Positions 26,775 to 33,145 of a stretch of DNA of 33,145 nt are shown piece after piece (positions within the stretch are counted from its first letter, which is position 1; each line of letters opens with the position of its first letter). Below the pieces are notes generated by a model. That model was not told the origin of the DNA, did not search any database, and worked only from the letters and a program-made list of their open reading frames with translations. This stretch comes from an uncultured Thermoproteales archaeon (lineage in GTDB: Archaea > Thermoproteota > Thermoprotei > Thermoproteales > B15-G16): NCBI GenBank assembly GCA_964647155.1, contig CAZYGV010000001.1:1-33145 (forward strand). Direction: 5' to 3'. The position numbers were made by a program, and so were the translations under genes.

Positions 26775-27185
26775 ATGATCTTCCTACGGAAGAGAAAGTC
26801 AATTCACACAATACTGATGGAGTGTATCTCATCACTGAGAAAATGCCAAGCATGGTTGCTAGCAAGTAGAAGGGCTATGAAGAGAGATATAGCAGGACTA
26901 ATAATACTGGCAGGACTCCCACCATCAATAATATCTGATACATACTTCGGTGCAGCAATAGCTGAGTTAGGTAAAGTACGTAAAAAGTTACTGAAAGCGA
27001 GTAGAGACGAGAAAACACCAATAGCAGTGAGGAGTCTACTCGAGGAGGTAGCAGAGATCATACCCAGTTCAACTAAGATGCTGAAGAAACTAACGGTAGA
27101 TGAACTGTATAAAATAACAGAAGAGTGTATCAATAGATTGAGCACAATACGTACCGAACTAGCATGGTTATACCCTGAAGAGTAG
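26775..27185 (+). CDS. Hypothetical protein (A/C-ending codon class)
   Basis: 136-aa ORF. The overlapping minus-strand ORF is Ser-rich antisense noise. No motif recognised. Confidence 0.4.
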   Translation: MIFLRKRKSIHTILMECISSLRKCQAWLLASRRAMKRDIAGLIILAGLPPSIISDTYFGAAIAELGKVRKKLLKASRDEKTPIAVRSLLEEVAEIIPSSTKMLKKLTVDELYKITEECINRLSTIRTELAWLYPEE

Positions 27186-27386
27186 CTTTAAAGTACCTGA
27201 AAATCCTCGTAGATAGCAAGAAACCTAATTCTCAGAAACAAACACCATTAATCCATGGCCCATAGACCTAACATCTAGTCGAGAACTCATTAACTAAGTA
27301 TGGATACTCAGTAAGAGACCTACAGTATAGATCGACCAACTAATGAACCGTACACCTACACATATACACAGCTGAAGAGACTCAAA

Positions 27387-28625
27387 TTACTTGCTATAGG
27401 ACCTATGTTCACGAACAAAATACGTAATCGATATTGTGAGTACAGGTGTGGTCAATGCTAGGTAAATCACATAGAGAGGATTAAGTGAGTACGCGTAACC
27501 CATGAGAGTACCCACAGCAATAGCAGATACATTGAGCACAAACATCGTTATTCCCATAGCTCTACCTCTCAACTCAATGGGAGAGAGATCAGTTAAAAGA
27601 GCTGAGATAGCAGGTGAGGATATCGATGTAGCAACGGTAAGAACTGATGGAACAGCAAGAGCAACATACCTATGGGGGATTACAGCAAGGAAAAGTAGCG
27701 CAGTGAACTCGATAGAACAACCAATGAAGATACTCCTTCTACGACCAATAACATCACCCAACCTACCTAGAGGAACACCAACAAGAAGACCAGCAGCCAT
27801 AGCTAGAGACAGCGCAATACCCCACTCGAACTTTGAGAGACCAACAACATCAGTAACATACAACACTAGATAATTCCTAAAGAAGACAAGGTAGAAAGCA
27901 GAAGGAACATAGATCGAGACAAGCAACCTCAAATCCCTACTACTTAAACGCCAGAAATCAACAATTGACCTAATGCTCTCCTCCAGAAAATACCTCAAAG
28001 CACGTCGAGATCTAGGTACTTGAACACGAAGAGTCTCAGTAAGCTTCAACCTAAGACAAGCAGCTACAAGAGCTAGAAACGAGAACAGCATAAGCATGTA
28101 CCTAAGACCAGGATCAATACCCCACTTCTCAACAACATAACCAACCAAGTAAGGTGATGGAATAGCAAATGCATGAGGAACAACACGACTAATAGCAAAA
28201 CCAAGTGCTCTAGCAGAGCTAGGTAGTGAATCAGCGTATAGAGCCATGAGAGCAGGAGCATACACACCCCTAACCAACTCATGAATTACAGAACCAACAG
28301 CATACTCACACCACGACCTAGCAAGAGAGTACAGGAGGTATGTTGAAGCAAGGAGAAATGTACCGATGATAACTACCTTCCTCCTACCAAGAGCATCAGC
28401 AATGTAACTACCAATCAGTAGAGTAGATACAAAAGCAGCACTACTCAAACTAACAACATAACCAATCTCAACACTACTAGCACCAAGAGCACGAAGGTAT
28501 AGAGATTCATAGATGAAGATACCCTCACCAAGAGAGAATATACACCAAGTAACTATGAGAATACCTGAATTACCACGAAGAATACGGCGAAGTTCCTTAA
28601 ACAAGTCCCTAACAACACCAAACAT
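27387..28625 (-). CDS. MFS transporter
   Basis: About 12 predicted TM segments. DALGRRKV and GDVIGRRRS loop motifs (MFS signature after TM2 and TM8). Confidence 0.85.
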   Translation of the reverse strand: MFGVVRDLFKELRRILRGNSGILIVTWCIFSLGEGIFIYESLYLRALGASSVEIGYVVSLSSAAFVSTLLIGSYIADALGRRKVVIIGTFLLASTYLLYSLARSWCEYAVGSVIHELVRGVYAPALMALYADSLPSSARALGFAISRVVPHAFAIPSPYLVGYVVEKWGIDPGLRYMLMLFSFLALVAACLRLKLTETLRVQVPRSRRALRYFLEESIRSIVDFWRLSSRDLRLLVSIYVPSAFYLVFFRNYLVLYVTDVVGLSKFEWGIALSLAMAAGLLVGVPLGRLGDVIGRRRSIFIGCSIEFTALLFLAVIPHRYVALAVPSVLTVATSISSPAISALLTDLSPIELRGRAMGITMFVLNVSAIAVGTLMGYAYSLNPLYVIYLALTTPVLTISITYFVREHRSYSK

Positions 28626-28673
28626 AGCGACTTAGAGGAGAGGAGCAGAGGGAAATAAACAATAACCTATGAA

Positions 28674-29012
28674 CTAAGACTCCTTCTCAACGACAACAGC
28701 AGTACCATAGACCAGAATCTCAGCAGCACCTGACATGACCTGGGTAGAGGTAAAGCGAACACCAATAACAGCATTAGCACCAAGAGCCTTAGCCTTCTCA
28801 ATCATCCTCCTAAGAGCCTCCTCCCTAGCCTGAGCCATGAGTTCAGTATACTCAACAACCTCACCACCAGCAATATTACGGAGAGCAGCAACAAAATCCC
28901 TACCAATACTCCTAGCCCTTACAACACTACCACTAACAATACCGAGAACCTTAACAATTCTGTAACCAGGAATAGACTCAGTAGTAGTAACAATAACCTC
29001 ACCCTCGCTCAC
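28674..29012 (-). CDS. YbjQ / UPF0145 (DUF74) family protein
   Basis: TTESIPGYRIVKVLGIVSGSVVRARSIGRDF...GANAVIGVRF...VYGTAVVVE is typical of the family. 112 aa. Confidence 0.9.
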   Translation of the reverse strand: MSEGEVIVTTTESIPGYRIVKVLGIVSGSVVRARSIGRDFVAALRNIAGGEVVEYTELMAQAREEALRRMIEKAKALGANAVIGVRFTSTQVMSGAAEILVYGTAVVVEKES

Positions 29013-29096
29013 GAGATTACCCCCAAGACTAGAAACTAAAAAGCGAAGTAATTTCTAAATTATTCTCATAACAGAGCTAAGGAGGTAGCTAACTAA

Positions 29097-29597
29097 GTGA
29101 CACGAAACTTCACACTAAGAGGAGCAGTAGCAGGACTAGTAACAGGCCTCGTAGTGACAGCGTATACATACATCAAGTGGAACACCATAGAGAAAATGGT
29201 AACTGAACTAGTGAAGGTACAGGTACCAGGAGAAACAGTACAGGAAGCAATAGCGAAGACACTAGCAACACTAGAATTAACAAAACCAATGATACCCATC
29301 TACAACATAGTAGCAATGACAGTGATAGGAGCACTCTTCGGACTACTAGCAACATACCTAGCAACAAAGATCAAGACAAGAGACTACGTAATAGCCATAG
29401 CAACAGGACTCACATACACAGCACTAACCACAGCACCACTACTAGCACTCAACCCACAGATACTGAGTACAGTACTGAAGTACATACCACTACAGGAAGT
29501 ACTACTACCAGGAATAACCTACACAATAGCACTCACACTACTCAGCACGAGAGGACCCTGGAGAAGAATAGAAGAAGCAAAACCAAAGATATACTAA
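29097..29597 (+). CDS. Hypothetical membrane protein (A/C-ending codon class)
   Basis: 166 aa with about 4 hydrophobic helices. GTG start 13 nt after AAGGAGGT. Confidence 0.55.
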   Translation: MTRNFTLRGAVAGLVTGLVVTAYTYIKWNTIEKMVTELVKVQVPGETVQEAIAKTLATLELTKPMIPIYNIVAMTVIGALFGLLATYLATKIKTRDYVIAIATGLTYTALTTAPLLALNPQILSTVLKYIPLQEVLLPGITYTIALTLLSTRGPWRRIEEAKPKIY

Positions 29598-29603
29598 CAA
29601 GCA

Positions 29604-30283
29604 TCAGTAAGTAATCACATCAACACCCAACTTCTCAGCTAACCTCCTAGCTCTATCATCAATAAAGCAAGTAACCACAACAAGCCTAGGAACAACACCA
29701 ACCCTCCTATACAACTCACCAATCCTATACAGCTCAAGGACATCGCAGACGAAGCACTAGACTTAACCTCAATCAAGTAGTGAACACCATCCTTAACAAT
29801 TAAATCAACCTGAACAACACTAGGCCTATCATAGACAAAACCCTCCTCATCAAAAATCTCTCACACATCAACCCTAGCAACCTTAAAGTACTCCTGAAGA
29901 AACCTCCTCAAACTCTCCCTAAACACCTCCTCAGCATAGATACCCCACCTAGCACCAAGAGCAGTAACCCTATCACCAAGATACTTAATCTCCCTCTGAA
30001 GCTCAAGAATAGCAACAGTATGCTTCTCGAGAATTTCACCATGCCTCCTAATAACCTCCTGAAGGCCCCTAATCGCCTTACTATGTTCAATAACCTGCCT
30101 CTGTAGATCTCTAATTTACTCTTGAAGATCCCTAACCTGCTTCTGCAAATCCCTAATAGCTTGAGTATTCTCACTAATTTTCCTAAGAATTTCCTCAATA
30201 CCTAATAAGCCCATTACAGCATACCTAAACTCAACATCCTCCCTAAGCAACCTAAGAAACTCATCCCTCAACCTAGAAGACAC
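29604..30283 (-). pseudogene. Decayed DUF3782 / PD-(D/E)XK nuclease-family gene (coiled-coil N-terminus, nuclease-fold C-terminus)
   Basis: Hand translation from GTG at 30283 gives SSRLRDEFLRLLREDVEFRYAVMGLLGIEEIL...IRDLQKQVRDLQE*IRDLQRQV...ARWGIYAEEVFRESL...RVDV*EIFDEEGFVYDRPSVVQVDLIVKDGVHYLIEVKSS, then a frameshift, then DVLELYRIGELYRRVGVVPRLVVVTCFIDDRARRLAEKLGVDVITY*. Lesions are an in-frame TAA (30116-30118), an in-frame TGA (29861-29863) and a 1-nt frameshift between 29745 and 29758. Confidence 0.7.
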
Positions 30284-30403
30284 AAACAAACACCAACCAA
30301 AGAGAGCAAAAACACCAATATAAGAACTACTACCAAGGAAAATACACTGGAGAGAACAAGCATAGAGGAACAGTCCATATAACCAATCCAGTCAATCAGT
30401 AAA

Positions 30404-30850
30404 GTGACCAACATGACAAAAGTCGACAAGCAAATAGTTGAGAAATTCCTCAAAGAAGCACTCGAGGCCATAGATGAGATAGAGAGCATAGTCAACACAG
30501 AAGAGAGCACCTTCATCAGAGATAGAAGAGCGAGATTTAGTCTAAGGTACTCAGTAATCCTAGCAGTAGAAGCACTAGCAGACATAGCAGTGGCAATACT
30601 CGAAAAAGACTTCAACCAAGTAGCAGAAACCTATCGAGAAGCATTCATCAAACTAGCAGAGAACGCAGTGATAAACCTATCAACAGCACGAGAAATGGCA
30701 AAACTAGCATCACTAAGAAACATCATCGTACACAGATACTGGACAGTGGATGACCTCAAGATATATGAAGAAGCAAAGAAAGGAGGAGTAGAAGTACTTA
30801 GGAAATTCATCCAAGAGGTGAAGCAATATATCGAAACTAAGGACCCTTGA
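30404..30850 (+). CDS. hepT: HepT (DUF86) toxin-type RNase
   Basis: RNIIVHRYW matches the Rx4HxY HEPN motif. Length is typical. ATG at 30413 is a possible start. Confidence 0.85.
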   Translation: MTNMTKVDKQIVEKFLKEALEAIDEIESIVNTEESTFIRDRRARFSLRYSVILAVEALADIAVAILEKDFNQVAETYREAFIKLAENAVINLSTAREMAKLASLRNIIVHRYWTVDDLKIYEEAKKGGVEVLRKFIQEVKQYIETKDP

Positions 30851-30875
30851 AGAAGAAAGGAGAAAACCAAAAACC

Positions 30876-31253
30876 ATGACATGGGAAGAGAGACAGAGAA
30901 TAATCGAGGAGATAGTACAGGAACTAAATAAGAGAGAGGAGATAGTACTAGCAGTACTACATGGAGGATTCCTCACCTCACAAGTATTTAGAGACATAGA
31001 CATAGCAGTATACACAGAACACACAGTACCACCACAACAAGAACCACAGTACATAGACGAACTAAGAGAACAACTAGAGAAGAAGATCAAACAACCAGTA
31101 GACATACAACTACTAGACTACGCACCACCAACATTCCAACAAAAAGCACTACAAGGCAAAATACTCATAGAGAGAAAACCAGGAATAAGAGCAATACTAC
31201 TCCACCATGCAAAAGAAGAAGTAAGGAGACTAAACAAAGTAAGAAGCCTATAA
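30876..31253 (+). CDS. mntA: MNT-type nucleotidyltransferase (antitoxin partner of HepT)
   Basis: LHGGFLTSQVFRDIDIAVY matches the G[GS]x9-13DxD minimal nucleotidyltransferase motif. Confidence 0.85.
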   Translation: MTWEERQRIIEEIVQELNKREEIVLAVLHGGFLTSQVFRDIDIAVYTEHTVPPQQEPQYIDELREQLEKKIKQPVDIQLLDYAPPTFQQKALQGKILIERKPGIRAILLHHAKEEVRRLNKVRSL

Positions 31254-31288
31254 AGGAAACAGAGGAGTAGAGGAAATGGGATACGGAA

Positions 31289-31501
31289 ATGAGTAGTAAC
31301 CTAGAAGCAAGAGTAGCGAGAATAGAGGGAATTCTAGAGCAAATGGACAAGAGATTAACCAGAGTAGAAAACGAAATCGTACACCTAAGAAACGAGCTAA
31401 GAGAAGAGATAAGGAAGATAGAGTCAAGACTATGGTGGATAGTTGGAATACTCATAACAATGTGGATTAGCATCATAACGACAATACTGTTAAAACCATG
31501 A
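31289..31501 (+). CDS. Small coiled-coil protein with a C-terminal TM anchor (XhlA-like architecture)
   Basis: 70 aa. Heptad-rich N-terminus (LEARVARIEGILEQMDKRLTRVENEIVHLRNELREEIRKIESRL) followed by WWIVGILITMWISIITTILL. Same strand and codon class as its neighbours. Confidence 0.5.
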   Translation: MSSNLEARVARIEGILEQMDKRLTRVENEIVHLRNELREEIRKIESRLWWIVGILITMWISIITTILLKP

Positions 31502-31516
31502 GGAGATGAAGCATAG

Positions 31517-31927
31517 ATGACACAGCACATTCTAGCTAAAGTACTTCTTCAAGGAACGAAGAACCAGGTAACAGGGCAAGCACTAGTAGATACAGGAGCA
31601 ACCTTCACAGTAATAGATGAGGAACTAGCAAACTACCTCGGAGTAGAACCAGTACCAAAGAGAGAACGAGAAAGAGTAAAGCTGGTAAGTCTATGCTGTA
31701 CAGTTGAAGGAAAGCTAGTTAACCTCAAGTACATGGAGATAGAGGGTAAACCAGTAGGAGCAACATCAGTAATAGTAGTAAACCTATCTAGAAAAATTAA
31801 GGAAGTACTAAAGAAGCTAGGAGCGAGGGAAGACATAGTCATAGGTATGGCAGACCTAAGTAAAACAGGATACATAATAGATCCCGTTCAGGGAAAACTC
31901 AAGTACATAGGAATAATGCACACATGA
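31517..31927 (+). CDS. Retropepsin-like (clan AA) aspartic protease
   Basis: ALVDTGATFTVI catalytic DTGA motif. 136 aa, and resembles the archaeal single-domain AF_0612-type family. Confidence 0.75.
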   Translation: MTQHILAKVLLQGTKNQVTGQALVDTGATFTVIDEELANYLGVEPVPKRERERVKLVSLCCTVEGKLVNLKYMEIEGKPVGATSVIVVNLSRKIKEVLKKLGAREDIVIGMADLSKTGYIIDPVQGKLKYIGIMHT

Positions 31928-32100
31928 AGAAGTGCAAAAGGCAGTAAAAGTACATGAATGCTCACCTAACATTTACCATCACAATCCATGGGTATGAAAA
32001 TTAGAGAAAAGTAGGGATTACGCAAAAATCAATTAAGCATGTAATCGAGACAATTTACAGATCTCACATGCGTACGGTAGGTTGTACAGAGATGTGAGTA

Positions 32101-33145
32101 ATGATGTTGAAGTTCTCCTTAGCATTGAAGACCCTAAGAACGGATATTGAAGTGAGAGTTGAAGAACTAACATTGTATCCCATAACGATCTTCATAGGGC
32201 CAAATGCTTCAGGAAAGAGCTTGGTAGCAAGAACAATACTAAATATACTAGCAGAGGGAAGGTATGAAGAGCTACTGTATGGCACTGTGGAAGGCGAAGT
32301 AGTAGTAGAAGTCGATAAAATGAAATCAGTATACAGGCTGAGTAGATCAGGAATATATTTGGACCAAGGTCCTAGTGTTGCTACCTGGATGATATATTGC
32401 ATACCTGATGTAAGAGATGTGCTCTTCTACATACTATCCAGAGAATCCATGAGCGGCCCAGAACCTATCTGGCGTGAAGCAAGAGTGTTGCTCAACACAC
32501 TGAAGGAGCTTCGAGAAGACCTCACAGTAGATGAAATTGTGGATACCTGGAGAGAAATGTGCAAAGTAATTGAGGAAAAGCTAAGAGAACATGTACCACA
32601 GAGGGAAATCAATCTGGAGGAAGTAATACCCCTACGTTTCATAGTTGAGTCATATCTGGAGAAACTTGAAGATGCTCGCAAAGTAATTAGCTGGGAAGTA
32701 CTAGATCTAGGAAAACCCATGAGGGGTGCAGAGATACACTTAGCATCGTCAGGAATATCATCAGCACTAGTACTCTGGGCATTAATCTGCACATACATCC
32801 AAGCAAGAAAACAAAAACCAAAAACCTCACTACTCCTACTGATCGAAGAACCAGAACTCCATACCCACCCACTACAAGCAGTCACCATAGGAATGATAGC
32901 AGCATACATAGTAGACCAAATATGGACAGCAAATAGAGGAAAGCTCTACATCCTAATGACAACTCATAGTCCCGAAGTACTTAGAGGATGCCTATCAACA
33001 GATAGAGTGGAAGTCTACATATTCAAACGAGAAAGAAACAAGATAACAGCAACACCATGGGATGGCTCAGCCATAATACCAGGATTCACAGAAGCAAACA
33101 TACAAGCAATATCACTAGCAAGAAAAGGAATAGAAGCAATACGCA
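32101..33145 (+). CDS. ABC/SMC-like AAA ATPase (AAA_15/AAA_21-type), 3'-truncated by the window edge
   Basis: Hand-verified open frame from ATG 32101 (preceded by an in-frame TGA at 32095) to the end of the window, more than 348 codons. Walker A GPNASGKS, signature-like ASSGISS, Walker B/D-loop LLLLIEEPELHTHP, H-loop TTHSPEVL. Not listed in the ORF track. Confidence 0.8.
   Translation, partial: MMLKFSLALKTLRTDIEVRVEELTLYPITIFIGPNASGKSLVARTILNILAEGRYEELLYGTVEGEVVVEVDKMKSVYRLSRSGIYLDQGPSVATWMIYCIPDVRDVLFYILSRESMSGPEPIWREARVLLNTLKELREDLTVDEIVDTWREMCKVIEEKLREHVPQREINLEEVIPLRFIVESYLEKLEDARKVISWEVLDLGKPMRGAEIHLASSGISSALVLWALICTYIQARKQKPKTSLLLLIEEPELHTHPLQAVTIGMIAAYIVDQIWTANRGKLYILMTTHSPEVLRGCLSTDRVEVYIFKRERNKITATPWDGSAIIPGFTEANIQAISLARKGIEAIR

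Noticed and set aside
30098-30163. 21-nt tandem repeats as a possible repeat array
   Set aside because: They are the coding heptads (IRDLQKQ / VRDLQEQ / IRDLQRQ) of the coiled-coil part of the pseudogene. They are not a CRISPR array or a satellite.
29908-30615. Track ORFs 29908-30198 (-) and 30268-30615 (-) as real genes
   Set aside because: Both are low-complexity Leu/Ser/Arg-rich readings. The first is an off-frame reading of the DUF3782/PD-(D/E)XK pseudogene. The second is antisense to hepT and the upstream spacer.
32064-32909. Track ORFs 32064-32402, 32427-32909 and 32687-32872 on the minus strand
   Set aside because: These are Ser-rich antisense translations of the purine-rich plus-strand ATPase ORF, which has clear Walker motifs and no stop to the window end.

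Overview
Archaeal chromosomal window, crenarchaeal/Thermoproteota-like. Evidence for that placement: ribosomal protein S8e, the archaeal DUF35/HMG-CoA synthase/thiolase trio, box C/D sRNAs and a DUF3782-type gene family. It is moderately AT-rich and densely coding. I saw no rRNA, tRNA, CRISPR array, transposase or integrase.

Core part, left to right (about 1-26.5 kb):
- sugar-type ABC transporter (ATPase and permease);
- degenerate metallophosphoesterase;
- Cys-rich hypothetical protein;
- rps8e;
- CxxCxxCC (YkgJ-like) protein;
- 430-aa protein with a PD-(D/E)xK-like motif;
- ECF transporter (S component convergent with an ecfT-ecfA-ecfA operon that is led by a TIGR00300/LOR-SDH-like enzyme);
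- large PP-loop (PAPS-reductase family) protein plus a radical SAM enzyme;
- DUF134 regulator;
- MBL-fold hydrolase flanked by unannotated box C/D sRNAs;
- DUF89 phosphatase;
- the mevalonate-entry genes (thiolase, HMG-CoA synthase, DUF35), divergent from HMG-CoA reductase;
- a KipA/PxpC-like ORF;
- a complete biotin-dependent acyl-CoA carboxylase (pccB, small ORF, accB, accC);
- two hypotheticals and an AIM24/TIGR00266 protein.

Right end (about 26.8-33.1 kb): all plus-strand genes switch to a complementary codon style, with A/C-ending codons instead of the T/G-ending codons used elsewhere. This part holds a HepT-MNT toxin-antitoxin pair in reversed order and a decayed PD-(D/E)XK/DUF3782 pseudogene. 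It also holds a small coiled-coil membrane protein, a retropepsin-like protease, and an ABC-type AAA ATPase that runs off the window edge and is missing from the ORF track.

Main leads: (1) two canonical and two weaker box C/D sRNA units found by eye; (2) the compositionally distinct accessory cluster at the right end, a candidate defence or addiction module; (3) unusual accessory ORFs inside the carboxylase operon; (4) the PP-loop plus radical SAM pair.

All family assignments come from motif reading and memory, not from database searches.
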